Shown in pieces: positions 13,833-25,727 of a stretch of DNA of 64,000 nt. The position numbers and the translations under genes are program-made. The number at the start of each line of letters is the position of its first letter. The stretch's first letter is position 1. This DNA is from Eutreptiella sp. 'Long Island Sound 2002' (lineage: Eukaryota; Protista; Euglenida). The notes under the pieces are model-generated. The model worked only from the letters and a program-made list of their open reading frames with translations, was not told where the DNA came from and searched no databases. Location of the stretch: contig OZ038378.1 of the NCBI GenBank assembly GCA_964036045.1, positions 169,012,001 to 169,076,000 on the forward strand, read 5' to 3'.

Positions 13833-14019
13833 AGCCCTGGGCCATAGGAGAGCGCAGCAGACGGATGGGTACTAACTGACCTCTTCATGCATCATTGTCC
13901 TGCTGCCAATCGGCCTCAACGACATTGATGACTGCAGGTACGACTGCAGAATGTACCGCTTTTGAGGCTTAGTCCTGTAGGCAGACAGATGTAGAACGGA
14001 CGGTAACAGAGAGGAGGTC

Positions 14020-14321
14020 CAGGGGGGTCCTTAAGAGGAAAAAGGGAAAAAAAGTGTTCCTGAACGGCAGCTTTGCAAAAAGACCGTATGTAGCTCATAT
14101 GTTCAACCATGGTTGGTGGCGATTGGTGGTTGGCGGTTGGCGGTTGGCGACTGGCGGTTGGTGGTGGTTGGTGGTGGTTGGCGGCGGTTGGTGGTTGGTG
14201 ATTGGTGGTTGATGGCGGTTGGCAGTGGTTGGCGGTTGGTGGCGGTTGGTGGTTGGCGGTTGGTGGTCCCTAAGGGCGGTCCTTAACAAAAAAAAAATCT
14301 AGTTGCCGAAGGACCCCCCTG
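14020..14321. mobile_element. hAT-type MITE, 302 bp
   Basis: Perfect 13-bp TIR CAGGGGGGTCCTT (14020-14032) / AAGGACCCCCCTG (14309-14321). Perfect 8-bp TSD AGGAGGTC (14012-14019 and 14322-14329). The core is a (GGCGGTT/GGTGGTT)n tract. Confidence 0.9.
14108..14268. repeat. Degenerate (TTGGCGG/TTGGTGG)n minisatellite inside the hAT MITE
   Basis: Seen directly in the sequence. Confidence 0.9.
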
Positions 14322-17300
14322 AGGAGGTCACACATCAGGTGGTTGGGAGGCACATTGAGAGCCTGCGTAGCGAAATGAGCCTCAAGCTCCAAAGAAATGC
14401 GATACCGCACCCCCGACCCCCGGCGGTTTTGTGGGTACACACTTTGAGTATGGAAATGGACACTACCATTTGAGGCCCAGCGACCCTCAACCGACCACAG
14501 CTCTCACATAGAAAATGCATCCGCATACCCACAAACTTGAGAACACACGAAAGGGATTCTCGGAAATAACCGCAACCGGTTGCACCAGCGTTGCCAGAGT
14601 CCGGGTGTTTGGATGGCCAATCAGGAAAACCTGACCCACGTGGGTGGGCCCAACCCCCGCGGCGTGAGTTTATAAGTTTAAGTTGCTTGTCCCAAGCCGC
14701 TGGGTAAAAGCAGTTTGAAAAAGGGGGGGGGGGGGGCTGTCGTTTCCATGGGGCGCTTTTGGAATTCCCAATTTCGTTCTGAGCGTTTTGAATATGTACA
14801 AGTCGAGGGACGGAATCACCGGAGGTCTGTCAAACTGGTGTGTGTGCCGAAGGGGGCCGGCATCGGGACTCACGCGTCCGCCAGTCGTTTGCAGAAGCCG
14901 GCTGGCAGGCCCAGTAGCAAAACTGTTGTGGGCACGCACGACAGCCGTTGCCGTTCTGGATGTGTAGGCGCTCGGCCAGGGCCAGGACTGTCGACCGAAC
15001 CACCTGTCCTGAACACGGGCACCGCATACTTGAAAGAGACGGAACAGTTCTGATTGCCGCAGTGGTCTTGACCGCGGCCGACTGCATGACAGACAACATG
15101 AGACCAAGCCAACTCCCCCACGTCTGGACACACACGTCGTCGGGGACGGAGCACGACCAGAGTTCCACATGACAAAGGGAGGAGGGTGGCATCGAGGATG
15201 ACATATTGCTTTGGCACATTTTGCGTGGGATATTGTGTGGCCACGCCCCACAGACCCGAATGGGCCATCATTTCGGAGGGAAGGCCTTCGTGGGTGCCCA
15301 ACCTCTGCACTGCGCGCTTTTACTTTGCGTGCTGGGCACGCCCTGCGGTGTTCGTCCCCTGCCCCCCCCCCCCCTTGACCCACGCGCTCTTGTTCCCCCG
15401 TGGCCATCCCCTTTGTTTCATTGCTGTTCTGGCCCTTCTCTCGCTGCTCCCATTTTGTTTTTGTTTCCGTGGAACCGTTGCAAAGATTGGGTTCGTCGAC
15501 CAACAGGGCAGTCGTGAGGAGGTGGGCGGACCAGTGATTTCCATCAAATTTGACACCCCAAGTGGTGGGCCATTCTCCGGTCGGCATCCTGGACGACCCC
15601 CCTCCCCCCAAAGCAAGCACATGAGAGTACGGGGGGCGGTCTGGTCGGCGTTGTGGCGCTGGACTTGGGGCAACACGTCTGTAATCGGAAGTGCGGTTCA
15701 CCGCCCTGCGCTGAGATGACACTTCAGACCGATGAATGAAGTGCATAACCATCTTTGACACCTGGCGCCCCTGGGGAGCGCCGTTCTTGTGTTCTATTTG
15801 CCGGGGGGAGCCCTCCCACCGCCGTCGGCTATCCTCCCATCGCCGGGTTCTGCGTAACAGCGTTTGTCTGTTCGTCGTGCCTGGCTCGCAATACTCCCCG
15901 ACCAGAGCGGGACCCATCGTGTGCGATGCCCACGGCAAATGCGTGCACTTACGTGAGAGAACGCACAATTGTGTCCAATGCTGCTTGTGTGGCGGAGGAC
16001 CAATCGCTGCACCTGCGCACATCCGAAACCGCAGCGACAATCCATTTCAAAGCAGGCACTCCTTTGGCCCCCGCAGTACATTTCAGTCTGCAAAAAAAAC
16101 CAAAAGGCAGGATTCAGTAACAACGCAGTCCTTGCCTCTGCGGGTCAGACTCAGACTGCGAGCGTATGCCCCCGCCCCAACACCACTGCCCCACCCCATC
16201 CCTCGTTCCGGCCCCGGTCAACCCCTCGTCCATGACGCTTGTCCACGCCTCTCGTCCGCCCCTTGTTCAGCGCCCCCGCCGCCGCTGAGCCGTTCTTCAC
16301 AGCCCCAGCGCGCCCCTGACCTACCACCGCCCCCCACCCTCCCCTTGGCTGCCAGCCCTTGCCGGTACAAACCCGAATGGCCTACTCACACCACCTGCAA
16401 ACAATCAAAATGCACGAAAGATCTGCTGCTGCTGGGGCACATCAAAACTTCGGCAGAGTCTCAGAGTTCTGTGACAAAGATAGGGCTTGGTATCAACGGG
16501 GCAAAGCACATACGTGCAGCGCGGGGGCTGGTCGTTGGGCTTTGGTCTCTGCCAGTCACGGACGACATCAATGGTGACTTCACTGCACTGCAATGAAATG
16601 GAAGTCGAATGCAACAAGCACCCACTCCCTCGATCTCAGGCTGAACAATCACCAATCACCGGACCGCTGGAGCACAGCCCGACCTTCCCTTCTCTCAGCC
16701 CGAGCATAGTCCCTGTCCCCTGCCCCCCGCCCGCCCCCCATCGTTCCCAGTCTGAGCCATCCACCGTCCCCAGGCCTGACGCGCTCTTCGTCTACCGCCC
16801 GGGCCCAGACATTTTCCACAACCCCAACCCACGCCTTGTCCGCGTAGTACAGGGGTATTCGGTGGGCAGGTCCAAGCCAACTTCTTGGGTACGGGGCCCT
16901 TGAATCAATACTTGATATTGGGGCCGGAGCTGGTGGGACATGTGCTGACATTCTGCACACTGCACACTGCACTGCGCATCCATCGTTGCACTCCACACAG
17001 GTTGCACACTGCACATATCTTTGAACACCGAGCATTGCATTGTACTCTGCACCTGCACATTGCACACTTGGCACACCGCATTGTGTTGGCGTCAGGCGTG
17101 CTGCTGTCATCCTTCCTGGGTCCCTATTTGCCCACCTAATTGGGCAACTGATGGCGGACCTGGAAGGTGGGCTGCCTTAGGTCTGAGGTGCAGACAATCC
17201 ACATTTTGATTTCGAGATCACACCGCCCCTACTACGCCCCATATTCTCCTCCCCCGCTGACAGATCCCAAGAAATTGTTAGATTTCACCCAAATTTCCAT

Positions 17301-17551
17301 TGATTCCCTAGTTTGTCCAATCAGAAAGAGTGACTCGCTCAATAAGCTACAGCAAAGTCCTCAGGTACCCCGCACTTGTTCAAGCAGAGCCGAGGTGAGG
17401 GAGTTCCACGGGGATCCCATGCTCAGATACTGGTCGTGCTTGCAACCTGTAGTGAGGGTGAGTGCCCCCCCCCCCCCCCTCTTCCTGCAAAGGGCGTACT
17501 GCACGTCCAATGACTCCCAAAAGACCCGGTGTTTGGTTCGGACAGGAGGAC

Positions 17552-18042
17552 CTGAAAATCAACGGTCCGCATAGGGGGTGCCCACTGCATGTGCCCTCAT
17601 CATCATCATCGACAAATTGTGGGCTTTTCTTCTCCACTGCCACAGGCCTCAGCGAAACGGAATCCTCAGGCAATCCAAAGCTGCACGGGCCGGGGCTGTT
17701 CTGCATCGATGTGAAAGGCACTTTATTGCCAAGCCGCGGCGATGGTGGGGCCCGCAGTCCGCCGAGCGGTGGGGACGTAATGTGTAATTTGAAGGCCAGC
17801 GGCGTTGAGAGACGGGTTTTGCCCAGGGGCGATGCAGCACGCCCTCTGCCCAGGGGGGACCCAACACGCCTGCTATTGCACGGTGTCATGATAGGCGGGA
17901 GAGGGGACAGTCTGTTTTTCGGGGACGTGGAGATCAAGGGGATGAACCCCATGATTCCCGCGTGGTAGGCCAGGCTCTCCGCCGGGATACATTCGGGGGT
18001 GAAACGGAACGACGGAGGCTCGGTTGCGTGAATGTCCCGCAG
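17552..18042 (-). CDS. Possible orphan exon encoding a Ser/Pro-rich, SP/TP-motif-rich disordered segment
   Basis: Long pyrimidine tract + catcacag acceptor in phase with the open frame (LRDIHATEPPSF...KSPQFVDDDDE). Candidate donor AG|gtcctc at 17551 resembles the SRP54 donors. No partner exons found. Confidence 0.35.
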
Positions 18043-20042
18043 CTGTGATGGAACATAGAGGTTGGGAGAGGGGGGGGGGGGGATGAGGGAGGGATGGAAT
18101 TGGGAGGCTAGGGAATGGAACAGGGGATGAGGATGTGGGGTGTGAGGTTTGAATTGTGGTGGAAAATTGGTGTGTGTCAGCTGTGGGGATGGGAGCAGAT
18201 GGAATATGAGGCAGCATTTGTTATACATTTTTTCTCAAATTTTGAAAACTCGTGGTCAACCAATTGCGCTCACATGTGATTCACAATGTCTAGCTGCAGA
18301 GGCTGGTTGGGGGCAAAAGATAGGAGAAGAAAGGCGTCCGCCGTGGTGGCTCAAATTGGATGGGTGATAAAAAAGTTGAATCGTGCCACTTTGGAGCAAA
18401 AATTCAACAGTGGCTTCCACTGTAGGTCCCACAAGTGGCAATGGTTGCTCCCAAAAGCTGTCAAGTATGTGCCCAACAAGCTGTTTTTGTGTACAGCATG
18501 TTCTTGCAGGTGCCATCTGGTTCTGCTGTGACAAACCACTTGTCTCACCTTTTGGAAAGCAGTCCCCTTCTCATTTGTGAGCCCAAAAAGACCGAAAAAG
18601 GCAGTTAAAATGACCCAAAATACCCAAATTTTAAACATTTGGCAACTTTGAATGGCTATGAACATCATGCTCGACCACGCTCTTGGTGATGGATCAAGAT
18701 CAAATGAATATTGATGGGACCCTTGCACAACACATACACCTTGCAACACACCTTTGGCATTCAAGCCAGGTGCATGACATGCGTGCTAGGGTCGGAGCAC
18801 ATGGGTCACACAGGGTCAAAAAGGGGTCAAACATGATTTTTTCCCCAAATCGATCGAGGATCACCTAGAGCGGTAAAAATGGTGTTTCTGTGCTTGAACG
18901 GTTGCGTCCTTGTAAACTCCCAAAATACCTTGAAAATGGCCAAAATGGGATAAAGATCGGTCAAAGCCAAGCAATGTTGAAACCCCTCAGGTCAAAGTGG
19001 CTCGAAACAATTCAAAAAGGTGAAGGAAAGTTTACCTAAGATACATTTATGGGGCGGAACAAAAACTGGCATTACACAACCCTCAGAGACGAGTCTAGGA
19101 CAAAACCGGCACAAACCTGAGGAGACACCATGCAGTTTGCATTGTGTAATTTTACATTTGCGAATTTAAACTTTCTTGCCTTCAAAAGGCCGTTTTTCTA
19201 TCGCATCCGAAGCGTTCACAAATTGCCCCCCAGATTTTGGGCCTCAGCCCGGATTCAGCCACCCACCAACCCCCCCCCACCCCCGGGGTGGGGGTGGAGT
19301 GTGCATATCTCATACCCGCCAATCCCAATCCCTGGCAATTACATACAAGCACAGATCATGTGGTGAGTGGCATGGTGGAAGAAGATTAAGAGAGAATAGC
19401 AAAAATGAAATACTGTACACGACCGGAAACAACAAAAGCCCTGGTTGAATGGCAGCTGATCCATGCACTACAGCCAATGCACATGGTCCTTTGTTTCTGA
19501 CGGTCAACCTCAAAACCCTTCCCAAACCGAAGACCCCAAAACGGCGCACCCCGGGAGGCAGGGATGTGCTTATTCACGGGGGGGGGGGGGGGGTGGCGGA
19601 CCAACCACCCAGGCCAAACCACCCAGCCACCCAAAACCAAAAAAAACATTCCTCTCAGGAAAAATGAATTTTTGAATAGAGAGCCAACAATGAGAGGCCC
19701 ATTTCAGGTACACAGGGTCTTTTTTACCTCGTAGCCCCCCCCCCATCCCGTACGCCAAACACTCAGCACAACCCTGCCCCGGGCGGGTGCCCGGTGGCCC
19801 AAAATGCCAAAAGTTGGGGCCAACCCACCCACCCACCTCTGTACCCACCCACTGCCACGGGGTATTTTGCCCATCGGTTAGTGGGGGCGGCTTCGCAAAG
19901 GACAAGTGCACAACTTGCCCATGCAGTTTTCACCCTGAACAGCTCGAAAATCAAAAATTCCGAAACTGATTGCCCAATATTGTGACCACTCACAATGAGA
20001 TATCACATGTGAAGCATGTCAAGACCTGATTCTGGATCACAT

Positions 20043-21560
20043 TCAGTCTGGTCTCAAGTGCTTCAGTATCGCCAAAACGCTTTTTGCTCGCACTGATCTC
20101 CCGCAGGACACGCTTCTCCGCCTGCAGATGGGCAGCACATCTGACACAAAGGTCTGTTTTGATGGACGCCTACAGACGAGCCCCCGGACGGACGCATTCG
20201 ACCAGACAACGCACCCCCACGGCCACAGGCCACCGTGGCCCAAGTAGTGCCCCTGGACCTTCTGCACAAGCTGCGGCGAGCACCCCTGGGGATCCGAAAG
20301 CTTCTGGTTGGCTGTCTGAGCCGGACATTCAACTGTGTGATGATCTGCAAACACCTTCCGATCGGTGAGGGAGTGCATGCGACAGCGGGGGGGTGCACGC
20401 CGAGGGGCTGGCACGCTGCGTACATGAACAGTGGCGAACCAACTGTTGGTGATTGCAATGCCACAGTCCACCGCCTTGGCCTCTGCACCGGCATGAGAAA
20501 GTGTGCTCAAGAAGCTTGGCTCGGAGGGAGGAGGGCCAAACCCCCCTCCCCCTTTGGTCCTACCCCCCCCCCCTCCAGTGGCTTGGCACCAGTACAAAAA
20601 CCCCCTCAGGATGGCAGCTTGCCGCTGCCTTGAGGCCACTCGGACTGCCGGCGTTGTGATGGGCCCCGCCCGCATGCGACGGCCCGGGGGAGGTGAACCG
20701 GGTGCCCTGTGCATACGGCCACGAGGAGGCGAGGCACGAGACGGCGCGGCGGGCGACGGTGACAGGGGCAGCCGCGGGCTGACGGGTCGGTCTTGCGGCT
20801 GCGGTAGACATCTCCCCCCACCACCAAACACCAAAAGGGAGGCCCCCAGACCATGAAAGGGGCACACACGAATGGGCATTCACGTCTACACAGACGCTGG
20901 TGTCAGCCGTGATCGGCAGAGTGAATAAAGAAGGGCGCCAGCCTTCGCGCCGGGCTGACCACGAAGGAGGCGGGCCTGCAGGTGCACAACCTCCTCGACC
21001 CTTCCCCACCCCCCAGACCCCCATTCACGGTGCGTCAGCACTTCTACGGCTTTTGCCTCCGTGAAGAGGCATTCCATTGAAGGCAAGTGGCCTCACTAGT
21101 GCCTGGTGACCGGCTAGGACATGCAGTAGACAAGTGACAAGGCACGGCAGGACAAGGAGGAACAAAACCGAATGCCATCCCACACACAAATTGTTGCAGA
21201 AAAGACATAAGAAACAGAGCTGACCCGTTGCCAACAAAAAAAGTGAGCGTACATCATGGCACACGTCTTTGGCACCGAAGGCGCCAGAGCAAATGTTCTC
21301 TTACATTACTGCATTCTCGCTTTCGAGAAAGTTAGAAGTAGGGGGGGGGGGGGCTTTAGACCCCCCTTTTGCACCTTAAGGTCTGCATCACAGCACACCT
21401 GAATAAGGGGCTTCAGCTCCTGAACATGGGCCAAGCGCCTGGAAAAATACATCGACCGCATGCCCCGATACAGATCCTGTGAATGCCATCGTTTTGGTGC
21501 CAGCGTGTGCAATCCAGCCCCACGCCAACAAAACTGAGGGTGGGCACTACCGTACACCAT
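20043..21560 (-). mobile_element. Heavily decayed tyrosine-recombinase retrotransposon (RNase H tail followed by YR)
   Basis: Scattered motifs across frames: ...STACPSR (~21110; resembles NPADxPSR), VASRQRQAAILRGFLYWCQ (YR N-terminal helix), TRSFRIPRGA (resembles HSxRxGGA) and a degenerate GRW region. Many frameshifts. Confidence 0.45.
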
Positions 21561-24500
21561 GTGTCACTGGAACACGAGTCAACACTGGTATGGCCCCCCG
21601 GGGGCGCAAAACACGCCTCCGAAAGACTTTCTCACGTACCGTGAACGCGTTTGAGAGGGCGCGGCCTCCCGGCAGAAGAGTATCAACAAAAGGACCCAAC
21701 CCCAACCCACGAGCAGCCGCGTCCCAAAGGTCAGGACAAGAGGCACAGATATGAAGAAGATTAGGGGACTAGGGAGCAGGAGAGGGGTCGGCAATTTGGG
21801 GTACAAAGGACCGCTGGTGTGCACACCAGTGCAAATACGAAGGCCGTCTTCCGGTCGGGGAAGACTGCACCAGGCAGAGGGACGTTGTGGGGGGGGCCGC
21901 CGGCAGACGAGGCATGATAAGACTGAAGAGCAGGAGGGAGGGGGGCGGGGGGGGGGGGGGGTCGCGAAGCCGGGGGTCATTCTGGACCCGGACCCATGCG
22001 GCGTGAGAGCGCAGACTCTGGAGGGGGGGGGAGGGGTGCCGTTACGGCCAAGAGGGATGTCTGTTGGGGGGGGGGGGGGGCAAAGGCTGGTCTGCAAGCG
22101 GCGGGTCCTGGAGACCTCATCACTTCAACACGGCACTGCACACTGCCGTGCGTACGCAGACCCTTGGCAGTCCCCAGTTTTCCCTCTGAACGCTGCTCCA
22201 GCCCATTCCTCTCATACCCCCCCTTCTTTTGAACGGCGGAAAGGTAGCCCAACAGGCTGCCCACCTCCCACGGCTTCTTGAAACTGCCCGCCCCACCCCC
22301 AGCCCAACGGCCGGGCAACCAACCCACTCATCAAAAGGCGAATGAGCACGTACGCCCGGAAGTACCAACCGGCATAACTCTCTCAGCCGTTATGGCACCC
22401 CCGCCCCCCGCGCGCCCTCAAACATGACATGCGCCGCCTGGGGGACCATCTGGTTGCCCGCCCTCCCCCCTCCCCCTCCCTTGGCCAGCCCCACCTGTGC
22501 AATCCCCCTGCGCAGGTCGCGCTAGTAGCGTCCCTCCGTGGAGATGTTTCGGGGGATTCCCGAGCACTATCCTATCAAACTCCGTATTCAGGAGAGGAAT
22601 CGGCAGGTATGGCATCAGCAAAGGGCCAGAAATTTCTGTGGCGCGAAGTGGCACCGACTGCCCCTTTCCCTGTCCCCTGGCACCGTCTTTTTGATTAGAA
22701 CCAGCGTGCACGCAGATGTGCCTGAACCACCCATCAGCCAAACGCGTAATTTCCACCGCTTCACAGGCTCCGCCTCTCCCTTTTACCACATTACACAGTT
22801 CCCAGTGCACACCTCCACTATGGCCGGTTTCATTTCGTCAGGCACGAACTGTGAGGCAAATTCATTGGCATCTTTCCTCAGCATTGTTGCATTGTGCATC
22901 CGGCCGTCCTTGAGGATTTTTGTCCTGGTGAACAGGCAGAGGGCGAAGCCAGTGCAGGCGTGCGTGTATCATACATTTTGCCACCAACATCAGCAACTTT
23001 GCCCGCAATGGTTGCCAGCGCTCGGTGCTGCAAATCAAGGTTGAGATAGGAATCAGGAATTCTGCATTGTTGACTAGCAGGGCAAAACCCTGCAAGGCTA
23101 CCCATCCACAGCGCAAGCAGTTTCTCTAGAAATGATTTTTGGTCTAAAACGATGACAATTGCTAATCCTCAAGTATAGCTGCCCAGCATTGTGTCTGGCT
23201 GTCCCATTTGTAGTTGTTGGATTGCACCAATAGTAGTCACTTGGCCAATGCACATTGTGATATGCTCGCCACCATGACTTAAATATTTTATCAAACATTG
23301 CATCAGAAAACTTTCTTTCCAAAATGTGCCCAATGTCAAGGTCGCCAGGATTGCATCACAATAGCGCTACCTTCACCGCACTACTTACAAGATTGAGCCC
23401 ATGCCCCATCAAACTTGAGGATAAGAAAGAGTCATTGCTCCAGGTGCTCCAGGTAGTGTAAGTTGAGTCAGAGAAGGAGGAACCCAATCAGCGCTCGCCA
23501 TGGCCCTGCTCACATAGCTCAAATAGGCTCAGGTGCAGAACCCAAGATTCGGTATTTCCGCTTGGTAAAGCATCTCAAGAACTGGGAGGGTCTCCTTAGC
23601 GCGCCGCAATGGCTCATTGACAATCCCTATGGTGACATCCTCACAAATGGATGTCCAACCTACCCAGTTGTCCTCCAAGGTTCCAACTACTCCTCAAGCC
23701 AGATTGTGGAAATGGGCTGTAGCTAATCAAGGGCATGGACATGGGGGATGGACTATCGCAGGTACTGGTGTCTATCCTAAATTTTTGGTACCATGTGTTC
23801 TGCATCTCACAGCTGTTTCTCCTTTTGTGGCCCTGGAAATCCCCACTACTCAACTAGCTGGCTTGCGAGGATGCTTCGAAGGGCTACAAAGCCCCCGTCG
23901 CCATGCAGCGGGCATGCAAAATGGGGCAAACGCCACCGTGAAGTTCGGGACTGCCATGATCTCACAATCCCCTTGCCAGAGACGTTGGCCCCATTTGCTC
24001 CACAGACAAACCCCTTGATGGCCCCAGTCGCTAGAAAGTCCCATGGCTTCGTCCAATTCAATTGAGGGGCCATTCTCAGGAATACAGGTGGAAACAAACA
24101 GACAAGCGTCCCTTCAAGATGAACCCCAGGAAGGACAAAAAAGACATGGTGCACGGTACGGGGCATCAAGCAGACAAAAGCGGGAGGGCTAAATCCGAGG
24201 GTCACGCTGACTCATGGTTTGGCAACCCTCACCCCCGTTGCCAGACCTTCATTTCGAGGAACGATGCCGAAACAATGCCAAATAGCCCGAGTAACCACAC
24301 CATACCACATGAGGCTTCAGCATACCTTAAGTCGACGTCATGCTCAACCCACATTTCTGCAACTGCTGTGGTGGCCAGCTGTCGTTTCACCTTCACTTCC
24401 TGAAAGAATCTGAGCATACAAACAGAGTGCATATCCAAATGCAAGAGCCTACCCATTACTACAGCTACACACCACCAAAGTGCCCTTCACAACACCTGAA

Positions 24501-25689
24501 CACGGAATCAACACTGATCACATTGCATGTTGTGCTAAAATTCAGGTGAAAGACGCAGATCAAATGCAAAGCTGTTGAGCCTTTGCTCACGTCATCGTTT
24601 TGCATAGTGTTTGACGCACACACGCGAACACACGTAAGACACGACAAACAGGCACTTACAAAAGCCCTTAGTGCTCAATTCTTGTCAGTTGGACAGTCAA
24701 ACAAGACAAAGCATGTTCAACGCCAATAGGCGCCTTTCTGTAGGGTGAAGGCGCACAGCAGCAAACTTGGGCTGCCATGAACCGGTTGTGTGCGATTGCA
24801 TGACTGATCACACTGCGTGTACAGGAAAATGCTGCACTGCAGTTACAAAGGTAATGGGGCACATGCTGGTGCGGGGCCCATCCGGACAAGGCATGGCATA
24901 CGTTGAACCATGCTCTTTGACACGGAGATGGAAACTGAGATTAGGCCCCTCCCTGCTCACCCCTGAACGTGCGTACAAAGGATATCTAGGGGCAATATTC
25001 ACGGGTGTCCTAAAAATGGAGTTGACTGGACTGAAACGTGGATCTCTCAAATTATGTTTGCCGTGGCATGGCTGCAGGTTGCTCTGCTCTGTGGATATCG
25101 CACAGAAGTGGCCATGAGAGCCATGCACAAGGGACTGCACAGGGCATACAGCACAACACAGCACGACACCAGGGCCACAATAAAGGCGGTGTACTCCATC
25201 AGCTACAGGCCGGCACCACCTTGCAGGGTGGCGCAACTGCTGAAGGCATGGCTTCGAAAACATGCTGCTTGGGAGGGGGCCGATATGCATCATGGCGGTT
25301 AACCCCTGAGTTGGTGGTACAAGGGGTTAGTGGTGACTGGTGCAGTGACTTTGGGATACTGGACACCATACTTGAGGACTGTACAGCATCAGACTGTGTG
25401 TGTGTGTCCGCCGGGTCACCGGTGGAATAAAATTAGGGCAGAGAATGGTACCAAGGACTGCTTTCATTGGGGCTGAACAGCGTGGGGCGGGCAACTGTGC
25501 ATCCCTTACCCTGATTCAGATGAGGCTGGCCTGCCGCTGTGGCAGTGCAGTGCCGCACCTGTGCCTCAAACCCTCAGCTTCCATGCCTTCTCGAGCACTT
25601 CCCTCACTTGGTTAACCACGTGCGCACGTTTCTCAGGGGTACGCTAACACACACGATGTAACCGCAAACAAGAACAAAGCAAGAACGCT

Positions 25690-25727
25690 AACACACACAG
25701 ACACACACACACACACACACACACACA
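25690..25727. repeat. (AC)n microsatellite; further (CA)n tracts at ~61650-61676 and ~61715-61735
   Basis: Seen directly. Confidence 0.9.

Noticed and set aside
14670-16040. 456-aa ORF, the longest in the track
   Set aside because: No coherent domain, and it crosses G/C homopolymers and repeats. Only faint DIRS RT-like words appear in other frames, too weak to call.
23460-25100. LINE reverse transcriptase (also ~35520-35760)
   Set aside because: Only isolated resemblances (NGCPTYP, YLGAIF) with wrong spacing and no YADD motif; needs a frameshift-aware HMM search.
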